DNA of 64,000 bases from an uncultured Pseudomonadota bacterium (GCA_964429275.1 CAYSBJ010000002.1:1-64000); one strand, 5' to 3'. Numbered from the stretch's first letter, positions 19,543 through 29,602 are shown. Numbers and translations are program-made. Notes: a model not told the origin generated them from the letters alone.

Positions 19543-19719
19543 TTTTTGAAGGGGGGGGGCAGGCGTGCCAATCATGCGTGAGCGTGTTGAAACATTTATC
19601 GCTGATATGAACAAAGGATTTTCTTCTGATCGCTTTTCTGCGTTTGCGGTGGAAGAAAATTGGCGCTCGACCATCGGCTCTTAAAACATGTACTGTATCG
19701 TATACGACGGTCGCGATAG
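19543..19719 (+). pseudogene. Internally deleted remnant of the GNAT gene at 14941-15480
   Basis: gcgtgagcgtgttgaaacatttat.gctgatatgaacaaaggattt matches ~15063-15108; the tail matches ~15433-15480. Confidence 0.85.
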
Positions 19720-20940
19720 TTACGGAGTCGTACGAGGTTTGATTGCAGCGAGAGCTGTTAGCCATTTTTGTTCCTGCTTCTTCTTGCGTGCTTTGAGTTC
19801 CTGAAGTTTTGGTTGAAACGGGTGGTCTGCATCGAGGTCCAACTGAGAGATGCCTGGCTGCTCTCGGTTTCTGCCTATGAGGTTGCTGAGGCTCCAGAGC
19901 TTTCTACGCTCTCGCGCCTCTGTCAATAGTGCTTCGCTTTTCTGAGTAAGGCCTTCTTCCTCTCCCCCTTGGAGCACATCTTCAGTGTCATATATCATCA
20001 AGCCCTTATCGTTGGGGAGGAGGGCGATGTTGCCAAAATGGCTGTCAGCAAAATCAATCTTTTCAACCACGCGGGTGAGGGCATCAAGGAGGCTTGGATT
20101 TCTTGTTACGTATTCTTTCACCTGAGCGATGAATTTCTCTCTTTCTGCTCTATTTCCACGTTGCAGGGAGGGCGGCGCTATGGTTGAGCCGGTCGGAATG
20201 TCTGGTGAGAGCACTACAGATTCGGTGTCGGTCCAGCTTGCCTCATTTGCGCTTGCGTGCTTGAGTGGCAGGAGCATCTTTTCGGGGGCTTGAATGCCCT
20301 CAATCCTAAGGCCTTTTATTTTTTGTCCCATGTCATAGCGGCTGCGGTTTTGTTTCTGACCAAAGATGTAGCGGTAGTGAGTATTGGGGAAGGTATTTAT
20401 GTGCCCTGGTCTGCGGGCGACCTTAAGAAACCAGGTAGATCCGTCTTTCAATACAAGCTTTTCGACATACGACGTGTTGGCTTGGGTCGTTAGCTTCGCA
20501 GAGTTGTTGCTCTTACTCAATGCGGTTGTGAGCTCGTCATATGTTGTCTCATGTAATATTTGCTTGAGTTCAGCAACGTTGTGTGCATTTTTAAAGCAGC
20601 TAATGAGCGAGACGTTGGGTTTCGGAGTGCCTGTCTGGGTTGGCGATTGGGTATCGTTGGCAATGAATAAGGCTGTAGTTCCGGTTGCTGCGATTGCGGT
20701 GATGAGAGAGAGTATTCGAAAATTTCGTTTTGCTCGGGCGTATGCTTCTTTTTTTTCTAGATTTGCCTTGTCGCTTTCATAGTTAGTGGCAGCCTTTTTG
20801 AATGTTTTATACGCAGCTCCTGAGCCGATTAACGATACGGCAGTGGCGATCGCCCCGTGGGTTGGGGTGAGGGTACGTGGGGCGGCAGGAGTTATGGTGG
20901 CGCTGCAGAGGAGGAGTAATAGGCTACGAGCGGTTGTCAT
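19720..20940 (-). CDS. Putative exported atypical kinase-fold protein
   Basis: Signal peptide plus two hydrophobic segments; WFLK, DSHFGN and IYDTE resemble kinase VAIK, catalytic-loop and DFG motifs. Confidence 0.6.
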   Translation of the reverse strand: MTTARSLLLLLCSATITPAAPRTLTPTHGAIATAVSLIGSGAAYKTFKKAATNYESDKANLEKKEAYARAKRNFRILSLITAIAATGTTALFIANDTQSPTQTGTPKPNVSLISCFKNAHNVAELKQILHETTYDELTTALSKSNNSAKLTTQANTSYVEKLVLKDGSTWFLKVARRPGHINTFPNTHYRYIFGQKQNRSRYDMGQKIKGLRIEGIQAPEKMLLPLKHASANEASWTDTESVVLSPDIPTGSTIAPPSLQRGNRAEREKFIAQVKEYVTRNPSLLDALTRVVEKIDFADSHFGNIALLPNDKGLMIYDTEDVLQGGEEEGLTQKSEALLTEARERRKLWSLSNLIGRNREQPGISQLDLDADHPFQPKLQELKARKKKQEQKWLTALAAIKPRTTP

Positions 20941-21668
20941 GGTTTGGCTTCTTTTGCGTCATGGGTTTGTGCATTGTCAAGCTTAATCTTTAGTAAAAAT
21001 ACCGTGTTCTCTCGTAAGTGCGCCTTGACCCAGGCCTTTTGCTTGGCGTCAAGAAGTTCACCCAGCCCAGCAAGTATGTGGGTATCGTTCATTGCCGTTA
21101 AGGTATCGATACATTTTTGAAGAAATGGAGCGATCTTCATCCCCGTCCGCTGCTCAATGATTGTTTCATTGAGAGGCCAGCTATTCTTGAGGAAAAAGTG
21201 TGTGTCAAAAATATCTCGATTGGCGTTTCCTGCTCGTTCAAGCATAGCGACCATCTTATGAGCAGCCATATCGGCGGGAATCATGACGTTCATTGGGATG
21301 CCAAAATATGGCTTTACTTCATACTTCGATCCAAAATTTCGCAGGTTAACTTCAACTTTGATATTGTACGCCCCTGGCGCTTTATTTGCGTAGGAAAGTA
21401 GGAAGAAAAGGCAAAAGCGTTTCTTGTCCGCTTCTTTTACGGTGCCATATGTAGCAAGAACGGCTTTTATTTTTTCAAAGACGACCGACTCTTTTACAGG
21501 ATTGAGCAGGTCAAAATCTAGGTCCACTGAGAATCGCGGTAGATCGCAAAACAGCATGGCAGCTGTTCCTCCTTTGAAGCCAAGATCAAAGCTTATGGTT
21601 GGGTCCGTGTAGAGTTCTTTTAATATTTGAATGAGTAGGTTTTTATGCGTAAAAATATTGAGTGTCAT
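20937..21668 (-). CDS. AbiEii/AbiGii nucleotidyltransferase toxin (type IV TA)
   Basis: FKGGTAA, RFSVDLDF, K..A, RDIFD. Confidence 0.9.
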   Translation of the reverse strand: MTLNIFTHKNLLIQILKELYTDPTISFDLGFKGGTAAMLFCDLPRFSVDLDFDLLNPVKESVVFEKIKAVLATYGTVKEADKKRFCLFFLLSYANKAPGAYNIKVEVNLRNFGSKYEVKPYFGIPMNVMIPADMAAHKMVAMLERAGNANRDIFDTHFFLKNSWPLNETIIEQRTGMKIAPFLQKCIDTLTAMNDTHILAGLGELLDAKQKAWVKAHLRENTVFLLKIKLDNAQTHDAKEAKP

Positions 21669-21676
21669 AACTCCTC

Positions 21677-22255
21677 CTATTGAGCGTCAAAGGCTGCAAA
21701 GTATTCATTAACTTTGCGTGTCATACGCTTGTTATTATAGAGCGGCAGGATCTCGTATACCTTTTCCCTGCTAAGGGGGCCAAGGTTGTCAAAATGATAA
21801 CTCTTATTTAGATACAGGATATCCAAAAAGGCTCGCTCAGGGGTAGCAGCATGAAAATTTCCTCTGTTTTCTACGCCAATACCGCTGGTAAGAAGGGGGC
21901 CTTTGAGCTTGTGAAAAGAGTACTTGTTGCCATCACATTCGATGGAGCGCGTTTGATACGTTGCCACAAAGATGGTTTCGTAATACTGAAATATAACCCC
22001 AGCTTCCGCCAGAATAGTCTCAAAGCTTACGTAAGCCGGGGTGAAAATCTTGGTACCCAGTTCGCGGCGGTCATAATTTTGGTCCTTTGCATACAGGCCG
22101 CGGCGGATGGGGTAGAGTTCCCCCTTTGTAACGTAGTAATGCAAGCGGCGACGGAGCCATTGAGAGCTTATGCCTTTTGAGAGCAAAAGGATCTCTGTAA
22201 AAGAGAAAACAGTCGATTTTGACCGAAGTATGTCGAGGATATTGCTTTGTTCCAT
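21677..22255 (-). CDS. AbiEi-like antitoxin / transcriptional regulator
   Basis: IRRGLY, YVSFET.L, ATPERAFLD.LY; directly upstream of AbiEii. Confidence 0.85.
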   Translation of the reverse strand: MEQSNILDILRSKSTVFSFTEILLLSKGISSQWLRRRLHYYVTKGELYPIRRGLYAKDQNYDRRELGTKIFTPAYVSFETILAEAGVIFQYYETIFVATYQTRSIECDGNKYSFHKLKGPLLTSGIGVENRGNFHAATPERAFLDILYLNKSYHFDNLGPLSREKVYEILPLYNNKRMTRKVNEYFAAFDAQ

Positions 22256-22273
22256 TTTTCATCCTGTGAGCTG

Positions 22274-22345
22274 AATGTTACATGTGGTGTAACCTTTAGC
22301 TCATATCATACCGGTTTTAGAGGAGCTAAGGCAATAAACAGGGGG
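22274..22345 (-). promoter_or_regulatory. Putative promoter and palindromic operator of the AbiE operon
   Basis: TTGCCT-N18-TATGAT on the minus strand; GTTACA-N5-TGTAAC at 22277-22293. Confidence 0.6.
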
Positions 22346-22358
22346 CAGTTGCAGGTGT

Positions 22359-25300
22359 TTATGCTGCTCCAATGAGGCTTGTAGCCCGAATGAGCATTTG
22401 TACGGTGTCATCCTTCATATTTTCCCGCGTGTAGCGCGCTTGTATCTTTGCTGCAATTTCTTTAATTACTCTACGATCTTCTGTCGTGAGTGTGTCGCTC
22501 TTTTCGTTTATCACGCGCATTAGAGAAGAGAGGTCCATCCAGTTTGAGCCCCTATTGTTGATGCTTCTGAGTTCGTAGTCGAGGTAATCAGTTTCGGTAG
22601 TAAGTCGCCTTCTTGTCTCTTTATCGAAATAGTCATCAACAACATCATTGATGGACGGATCATTTGTGCGGTACCAGTTTTTGTTATCATTAAGTACGTG
22701 CTGAATAAATTTTTCGTAGAACGTTATTTCTAGCTCCTCATTTTCTTTTGCTTTTAATGATTTGAGTAACACTTTCGCGGCAGGTAGAGCCTTCTTGAGG
22801 GCTTTAGGAGTAGGGGTTGCTGGAAGTGCTTCTATTTCAGCGACAGCGACTCTCAATTTTTCTGCCTCAGCTGCTTTTTCTTCGCCGGCCGCTGTTTTGA
22901 GCAGCGCAAAAAGTTCGCTTGCATCAGTCTGGCCTTCTTTTTGAGCGGCTTCATCAAGAAGCGCCTTATTTTTCATGGCAAGCCTGTATGGTGTATCGCC
23001 TTTTTTGTTCAAAGCATCTTTCTTAGCGCCAGCAGCGAGAAGCTTTTGGGCAATGGCGAGAATCTGTGAATAGGAACCACTGATAAAATCATAGTCGTCG
23101 TGTGTTTTTGGCTTTACCGTACGATGCAATGGGGTGTCTTGTACTGACCATGAATGCTGATTGACATCGGCGCCGTATTCAAGGAGCATCTTTACTGCTT
23201 CTACATTCCCATTATGAGCAGCGGTGGCTAATGGTGTTTGTTTGCCCACTGTTGTCGCGATGTTTGGGTTCGCTTTATATGTATCTAGAAGGAGCGATAG
23301 CATGCTCGTATCATAGTCTAACCTTGCATCATCACTCTCGTTCGGTTTGGTAATCGAGAGCGCAGCGATTAGAGCGGTGTCGACTCTCCCAGACATATTT
23401 ACGTTGGCGTTCTTTTTCATGATAGCTTTTACCAACGAGGTAGCTTTTGCTAAATCGCTGTGGCCGCTTTTTACTGCCGCAATGAGTGGCTCAATTACTT
23501 CGTGGACGTCACCAATGTGATCAAGAAGTGTTGTTGCCAAATCAAAATCTTGCTTGTCCCTAAGTGCGTACACAAAGAGATCGGCTGCGATTGGGTCAAG
23601 AGTTTGAGTTAAGGGGGCGCCAGCTTTTAATAAGTTGTACACCGCACGAAACTCTTTTTTTTCTCCGATTGCCCGCAGTTCTTGTGGGCTCATTTTGGAA
23701 ATATCAATATTCATGCCATGCATGGCATGAAGTGTGGAGAGCTCTTTACCACAATCTAGGTTAAATGCATATGCGTTTACTACTACCTCATGCGCAAGTG
23801 CACGCGCTTTCTCATCCACCTGTGCACTCGCGTTTAAGAGTGTTGTTATAATATACTCTCTTGATATATCAGCCCATTTAATAAATTCTTTCATCGCAAG
23901 GACAAGTGCGGTATTGCCATCATTGTCTTGTATATTTATATCTATGCCTTGTAACTGAATGGCATTACGCAGTTCATAAATTTGCGTTTGTTCTACCATT
24001 TCTATAAGCGCGGTCTTACCATGCTCGTTTTTGGCATTTACGTTAATGCCAAGGTTACTTACTACGCGTTGTACATCAGCAACTGACGTGATAGCATTCA
24101 TAGAGTGAATACTTTTAATGAGATGTAATAGACGGTACTGCTGACGAGCCTCGCTTAAGTGGGCACCAAGTGAGTGTAGCTGCTGTGCTATGTCGTACTT
24201 ACTTGTATCTAGTGCAAACTCAAGGCTGGTGCTAAGTTTTTCTTCCTCCTCCTTAGTGAGTGGTGACATCTCTAACGCGAGTATAGTGCGAGCCTTGGCA
24301 TAATTGAATGTGAAGTAATCGGCAGCCGCCATAAATTTTTTGTGGAGAATCTCTTGCAGTTGCTCTTCATTACCACCGAGTGCGCGATATCTCGCAGCAT
24401 CAGCGCTGCTGATTTGATCTGCATAACGCATGGTGCGCAGCAAATTGGTTGCCTCTTTCTGTGTTTTTTTCTCTTTTTCTTCCTGCTGCTCTGCCTCGAA
24501 AGGAGCGCGCATTTGTGCCATGAGTGGTGATGATGGATCAATCCATGGTCGCAGAGTTGAAGCGGATTTTTCTGCTTTTTGGTAAATGAAGTCTCCAAAA
24601 TCTTTGTGAGTGAGAAGTGAGGGATATTTATTCAGGATTTTCTGAATAATGCGGGTACGCGTGGCAATGCTACCAGATTTCTCATAATCTGCTGCAAGTT
24701 TAAATAAAAGGGTTGCACGGTATTGATCTACCAGTTTGTCATAGGCGACATTATGGTCCAGGAGCGTATCAACCGCTTGCTCATCTTCAAGGATAGCCGC
24801 TTTATACAGTGGCGTGTTTTCCCAGAAATAGTGGTTACGTGTTGATTGTGTTTCAACAAAATCCTTGTGAGCTTGCGGGGTAAGCTTTGCCAAAAGTTGT
24901 CTGAATGCTTGCGGGTGTCTTTTTACGTGTTCTGGCGTAATGCTGCCGAGCGCTGTTCGTGCATTACGTTGGTCAGTTCCATAAGCGTGTTCGTGGGCAA
25001 AAGGGTCTACATGCGTCATGAGTTGGTCAACGCGACCGGGGTTAATAGAGGCATCAGTATTTAGAGCACTTTGCAAAAGGCTTATGGTTGCTTCACTGTC
25101 GTTAAAGCCGCGGGTTCGGTTATTCTCTTTTTCTCGTTGTATTTCCTCTTGTAGAGTGAGTTGAGTGCTTGGTTGCCCATGAAATTTTTTTCTCGTGCTC
25201 GACGATCCGAATTTTCCACGAACAGATGTTGAGTTATTAGTGCCGTAAAATCCTTTTGCCAGAATGGTTGCGCTTGCGAGTGTGCCGAGAGCGTGGAGGA

Positions 25301-25574
25301 TGAGACGGAGCCGTGTTTTGCCCAGCTGTGCCTTGACTTCCATGAACTCTTCGCGTGCTTCTTCATAGGCTGCTTTGTTTCTGGGGCTTGGAAACTCTTC
25401 AAGTTGTTGCTTTAATTCCTGCATCTCCCGCCAGGCTCCCAGGAATTTATACCCAAAACCACCAACGCCGAGTACGCCCAGCGCCATCATGGGGTTGCTT
25501 CGTGCGGGGAGAGAATGGGGAGTGGAAACGGTAATAGTGGCGATAGCGGCTAGTATTAGGTAGAGCTTTTGCAT
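22359..25574 (-). CDS. Ankyrin-repeat protein, paralogue 2
   Basis: Same N-terminus as 16709-19267; many ankyrin motifs; extra internal and C-terminal segments. Confidence 0.9.
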   Translation of the reverse strand: MQKLYLILAAIATITVSTPHSLPARSNPMMALGVLGVGGFGYKFLGAWREMQELKQQLEEFPSPRNKAAYEEAREEFMEVKAQLGKTRLRLILHALGTLASATILAKGFYGTNNSTSVRGKFGSSSTRKKFHGQPSTQLTLQEEIQREKENNRTRGFNDSEATISLLQSALNTDASINPGRVDQLMTHVDPFAHEHAYGTDQRNARTALGSITPEHVKRHPQAFRQLLAKLTPQAHKDFVETQSTRNHYFWENTPLYKAAILEDEQAVDTLLDHNVAYDKLVDQYRATLLFKLAADYEKSGSIATRTRIIQKILNKYPSLLTHKDFGDFIYQKAEKSASTLRPWIDPSSPLMAQMRAPFEAEQQEEKEKKTQKEATNLLRTMRYADQISSADAARYRALGGNEEQLQEILHKKFMAAADYFTFNYAKARTILALEMSPLTKEEEEKLSTSLEFALDTSKYDIAQQLHSLGAHLSEARQQYRLLHLIKSIHSMNAITSVADVQRVVSNLGINVNAKNEHGKTALIEMVEQTQIYELRNAIQLQGIDINIQDNDGNTALVLAMKEFIKWADISREYIITTLLNASAQVDEKARALAHEVVVNAYAFNLDCGKELSTLHAMHGMNIDISKMSPQELRAIGEKKEFRAVYNLLKAGAPLTQTLDPIAADLFVYALRDKQDFDLATTLLDHIGDVHEVIEPLIAAVKSGHSDLAKATSLVKAIMKKNANVNMSGRVDTALIAALSITKPNESDDARLDYDTSMLSLLLDTYKANPNIATTVGKQTPLATAAHNGNVEAVKMLLEYGADVNQHSWSVQDTPLHRTVKPKTHDDYDFISGSYSQILAIAQKLLAAGAKKDALNKKGDTPYRLAMKNKALLDEAAQKEGQTDASELFALLKTAAGEEKAAEAEKLRVAVAEIEALPATPTPKALKKALPAAKVLLKSLKAKENEELEITFYEKFIQHVLNDNKNWYRTNDPSINDVVDDYFDKETRRRLTTETDYLDYELRSINNRGSNWMDLSSLMRVINEKSDTLTTEDRRVIKEIAAKIQARYTRENMKDDTVQMLIRATSLIGAA

Positions 25575-25840
25575 GGATACCCCGGGAAATTAGATAGATT
25601 TTACGTTGCTAATTGTATCAGCTGGGGGAGGGGTGGGCAAGAGATTGGTGGTTTCGCTCAGGAAATTTCAGGATCCCACCATGCGTGTATGTGCGGAGCG
25701 GTGAGCCAGGTGAGAAGGAGCGGGAAGTGTGAGTGAGAGAGAGGGGCGAAGTCTATTTTTTCATAGCTAGTAGGCACAATGTTCATCATAATAATAGAAG
25801 TATGTAGTTAAAAATGTTGCATTAGAAGGTTTTTTCATCG

Positions 25841-26012
25841 ATCGTGTCGATTTAGTAGTGACGGTACTAAATCGACACGATTTTCTTCGAGCGGTTAATG
25901 CTTGGGGTTTTTCTGTTGTGCGAATCCAGGGTCTAAAGTGCTTTAGTGATCAGTCACTAAACGGAAATATGTTGCTAAGTTGGTTTAGTGGTGGCATACT
26001 AAATCAACTTAG
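25841..26012. promoter_or_regulatory. Three palindromes sharing a TTTAGT..ACTAAA core upstream of the Fic gene
   Basis: 25841-25881, 25942-25961, 25975-26012. Confidence 0.65.
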
Positions 26013-26021
26013 TGAGGTTTT

Positions 26022-27173
26022 ATGCAAAAAAATGAACGCCTTGGCCGCTCCAGAGAGCATGTGGTGGGCGGCGAACGCTATGCGACTTATATACCGGCAT
26101 CATTGCCGCCGTCACCACCAATTGATTTGTCGAAAATTCAAAGGAATCTGGATCGTGCCTTAACTGCTTTGGCCGAGCTGAAGGTAACGGCAGCGGTGAT
26201 CCCTAATGTATCTTTATTCATATATATGTATGTGCGTAAAGAGGCCCTTCTTTCTTCTCAGATTGAGGGGACGCAAAGCTCTTTTGCCGACTTGATGCTT
26301 TTTGAGAATGACCAAAAGCCGCAGGTGGCGCTGGATGATGTGGAAGAGGTGTATAATTATGTATGTGCTATTCAGTATGGTCTCAAGCGGATGCAAGACG
26401 GGATGCCACTTTCGCTGCGCCTTATAAAGGAGATGCACGGTATTTTACTGCAAGGAACGCGGGGGGTGCACAAACTTCCGGGAGAATTCCGCCGGTCGCA
26501 AAATTGGATTGGTGGCTCTCGGCCGGGAAATGCCTTGTTTGTGCCACCAGCGCCAGAAGATTTAATGGACTGCCTGGGCGCCTTTGAGAACTTCTTACAT
26601 GATGACACTACTGGGTTGCCAGTATTGGTCAAGATTGGTCTTGCCCACGTGCAATTTGAGACTATCCATCCATTCCTTGACGGTAATGGCCGCCTTGGGC
26701 GCTTGTTGATTACCTTGTTGCTCTGTCATCACAGCCTCTTAACCGAGCCGGTGCTGTATTTGAGTCTGTATCTGAAGCAGCACCGCATGCTCTATTACGA
26801 AATGCTTCAGCGGGTACGCCTGCAGGGTGATTGGGAAGTATGGTTGGAGTTCTTTCTTGACGGAGTTTACACCACCGCGACTCGTGCAATGGTAACAGCC
26901 CGTAAGATTAATGAACTGTTTGCTGTCGATATGGTGACAATTGAACGAATGGGTCGGGTGCGGTTTTCTGCCGTGCGCGTGTTTGAAATACTCAAAAAGC
27001 TGCCACAAATATCAGTGCCAGCTTTGGTGCACTCTTTTGATTTTCATCCGTCGACCGCTCGTGATGCTTTGGAGGCACTGACGGATGCTGGCATCCTGAA
27101 GGAAATTACTGGCAAAAAGCGGGATCGGGTGTATGTGTACCAGCAGTATTTGGCTCTTCTTGAGGAAGAGTAG
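26022..27173 (+). CDS. Fic family protein with C-terminal HTH
   Basis: HPFLDGNGRLGR catalytic motif; SSQIEG inhibitory-helix motif; EITGKKRDRVY tail. Confidence 0.93.
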   Translation: MQKNERLGRSREHVVGGERYATYIPASLPPSPPIDLSKIQRNLDRALTALAELKVTAAVIPNVSLFIYMYVRKEALLSSQIEGTQSSFADLMLFENDQKPQVALDDVEEVYNYVCAIQYGLKRMQDGMPLSLRLIKEMHGILLQGTRGVHKLPGEFRRSQNWIGGSRPGNALFVPPAPEDLMDCLGAFENFLHDDTTGLPVLVKIGLAHVQFETIHPFLDGNGRLGRLLITLLLCHHSLLTEPVLYLSLYLKQHRMLYYEMLQRVRLQGDWEVWLEFFLDGVYTTATRAMVTARKINELFAVDMVTIERMGRVRFSAVRVFEILKKLPQISVPALVHSFDFHPSTARDALEALTDAGILKEITGKKRDRVYVYQQYLALLEEE

Positions 27174-28095
27174 CGTCCGCTTCTGCATCCCCCAGCCACA
27201 CACCGGTGCGTATGAGGTGGTCAAGCTGGCGAAAGGTGCGGGTAGCGCAAAAAGTCTGTGACAACAGTTCCACGCGCCGGTAGAGAAAGAGTTTGCATGG
27301 GATGCCGCGCGCGGCGCAGACATCGCCGACTTCCTGCAGCACTGGTCCCATGTCATCAAAAAATACGATCATTGATGGTTTTATCTTTGCATAATCAAGA
27401 AATGCCCCAAGGACCGTGCCTTTATCTGTTTGATTGGTGCACAAAAGACCTTTGTGCAGCGTCGGGTAGTTGCCGCGAGACTGGGGCATGCAGCGGACGT
27501 TAGGATCTGGTTGTGAGTGTGACTTAGGTATGTGTGTATACTCCCTCACGGTTTTAAACGTGGTGTCTGGGTATGTGGTGTTAAATGTTACTCCCAGTTC
27601 CTTGAGTACTGAGTAGCGCCATTCTTCCGCGTGGGGGATGATGCCAAGCTTGCCGGTTAGCATGTTGGTAAGGCCCAGGACGGTTATATGTCGTTGTCTG
27701 AGTGAGTTAATAAGTTCTGAAATACCATCTTCAATGAGTACCCGCGGGGCCTGTAGGAATACGTGGCTTGCTAAATCTTCTTGCGCTGCTTTTTTGTATA
27801 AATGGGGAAATTTGATGAGTAATTGAATCCAAAACCACCAACTCAGGTCTGACTTTCTGACGTTTGCAAAAGAATCTGGCGCATAGGTGAGGGTGTCGTC
27901 TACATCAAACAATACCAAACTATTTTGATCAAGCGCGGTAAGCGTTTCGATGCACTGGGGGTCGGTGTATGAATAAATGCGGTGCACTGGATGGAGAGAG
28001 GTGAGGTCGATTATGTAGGAGATTAAACCGCATAAAAGAAGGAAGCCCGCAGCGCATTGCCAAAATCGCCACAGCATTTGTTTGCGTGTTTTCAT
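27106..28095 (-). CDS. HAD-like DUF2608-type protein
   Basis: LVLFDVDDTL, GLT, KG..L..FL, IVFFDD; N-terminal TM. Confidence 0.7.
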   Translation of the reverse strand: MKTRKQMLWRFWQCAAGFLLLCGLISYIIDLTSLHPVHRIYSYTDPQCIETLTALDQNSLVLFDVDDTLTYAPDSFANVRKSDLSWWFWIQLLIKFPHLYKKAAQEDLASHVFLQAPRVLIEDGISELINSLRQRHITVLGLTNMLTGKLGIIPHAEEWRYSVLKELGVTFNTTYPDTTFKTVREYTHIPKSHSQPDPNVRCMPQSRGNYPTLHKGLLCTNQTDKGTVLGAFLDYAKIKPSMIVFFDDMGPVLQEVGDVCAARGIPCKLFLYRRVELLSQTFCATRTFRQLDHLIRTGVWLGDAEADATLPQEEPNTAGTHTPDPAFCQ

Positions 28096-28159
28096 GTTAT
28101 TTTTTTCTTAGTAGAGATCTCTTTGTGCTGATACATGGCTTACTCTTCAAATATACTTG

Positions 28160-28377
28160 TTTGAGAGCAATCTTACCGGTCGTTGCCCAGAAAAACAAGG
28201 AACTCCTCCTTGATTCCCGAAAAAAGCAGCCTCGCAGGATATGTTTCCCTGTGTCATTCGCCCAGTAGGAGCGGTTCTTGGAAGAATCGGGGGGCTTGAA
28301 CAAGTAGAAATGCTGGTTACATAGTGCTTTTTGCCGGATTTGGGGGGTTGCAAAACATGGTTTTTGGTATAGGCTAT
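28160..28377 (+). repeat. 218-bp identical direct repeat, copy 1; candidate structured ncRNA or leader
   Basis: Identical by eye to 32706-32923; both precede paralogous SBP cassettes. Confidence 0.9.
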
Positions 28378-28447
28378 TCCATGCCGTTTGGCACGGTAGC
28401 TGAGATTTCAGCTGTAGTGTTTAATCAACTATTGAGGAGTAATCATT

Positions 28448-29536
28448 ATGAAAGTGACTCAATCGGGATCCCCCCGTTTTAATGCTAAAGCACCAGGCAA
28501 AAAGCTGGTGTCAATTAACTGCAACAACCGTCAATGGGATGTTGAAGTACAAAATCTTAAAGAACTTGCTGAAGGCCCAGTCCTTTTTGTCCTTAATCAG
28601 GATGGAAATGGTTGGGCCTATGATTTTATTAACGCTTTTAAGTCTGCCTATACTGAATGGTCTGCTGATGGAAGTTTTCCTGAACATGACCATATTTTAA
28701 TGAATGAATCCCGTGGCGATCTTCAGAGTAAGCTGTATGAGCATCCGTTTATTCAAGGATTTTCTCGAAAGCCTGCGCGTATTATAACTGTTGGTGACGC
28801 TGCGAGCGCAGAAGTTGCTCGCTACCGTGTTGCATGGGGCTTAACCAGCTGTATTCAACAGCTCTTTTGTGTGATTGGTGACCCTGAAGCACTTGATTTG
28901 GTTGACATGAATGGTCAACTTTTGGCGAATACGAATGGTGTATATGCGGTTGAGGCACGTAGCCTTACTAAGCAAATTCGTTCACTGAGGAGTTTGAGCC
29001 GGGTTGTTAAAACAGTAGCTATTATTTCTGGGTATAGTGGTCGCTTTGATTCAATTGCTCTGCAAAAAGACAAAGCCGCTCAGAAGATTATTCAAGAGTG
29101 TGAGAAGTTTGGCATGCGAGCGTTGCGTGTTTATATGGTGGGGGATGAAAATATTGCTGGTTATCTTGAAGGTTTTGGCTCTGTGTGCGAAGCCGTCATC
29201 ACATTGCGTGATGACGCTGTCTATGGGCATCTGGACGAAATCGCAAGTTTCTGCACTAAAAATAGAATTATTCACTTTGCGTCCGAACTTTCCTCTGTAG
29301 CTCGCGGAGCAGCTATGGGATTTGGGAATGCGCCAGCGGCGTATGTGCCTTCACTTATGAATTTGATGTGGCAGCATAAGGAAACGCATCTGCCATTGAA
29401 TTCCTTTGAACTTGAAATTGTTGAAGAACCAATTGAGGTTCGACACAATATGAGCAGTATTCGTGCGCAAGTACGGGATCTGACTGAGGAAAAAGAAGAT
29501 TTGCTTGAAATGACGTCAATTCACGCAGTGTATTAA
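28448..29536 (+). CDS. Divergent PF04392-like binding-fold protein A1 (no signal peptide)
   Basis: QLFCVIGDP..L, SSVARGAAMGFG; paralogue of 32989. Confidence 0.7.
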   Translation: MKVTQSGSPRFNAKAPGKKLVSINCNNRQWDVEVQNLKELAEGPVLFVLNQDGNGWAYDFINAFKSAYTEWSADGSFPEHDHILMNESRGDLQSKLYEHPFIQGFSRKPARIITVGDAASAEVARYRVAWGLTSCIQQLFCVIGDPEALDLVDMNGQLLANTNGVYAVEARSLTKQIRSLRSLSRVVKTVAIISGYSGRFDSIALQKDKAAQKIIQECEKFGMRALRVYMVGDENIAGYLEGFGSVCEAVITLRDDAVYGHLDEIASFCTKNRIIHFASELSSVARGAAMGFGNAPAAYVPSLMNLMWQHKETHLPLNSFELEIVEEPIEVRHNMSSIRAQVRDLTEEKEDLLEMTSIHAVY

Positions 29537-29602
29537 AAAGAATGTGAGGGGTGTGCCGTGAAGAGGGCGCGCCCCTCGATTGTTTGGTAACGAGAAAAAT
29601 AT

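Noticed and set aside
16709..25574. Diversity-generating retroelement TR/VR pair
   Set aside because: No reverse transcriptase in the window and the differences are not adenine-restricted
28241..28324. 27-codon ORF MFPCVIRPVGAVLGRIGGLEQVEMLVT inside the 218-bp repeat
   Set aside because: The AGGA is almost adjacent to the ATG and there is no amino-acid-specific codon run; identical copies give no coding signal
28086..28353. Short ORFs overlapping the repeat (also 32639-32936)
   Set aside because: Their starts and ends differ between the copies; they are by-products of the repeat
28160..28377. Repeat as an IS or MITE
   Set aside because: No clear terminal inverted repeats or target-site duplication; both copies occupy equivalent regulatory positions
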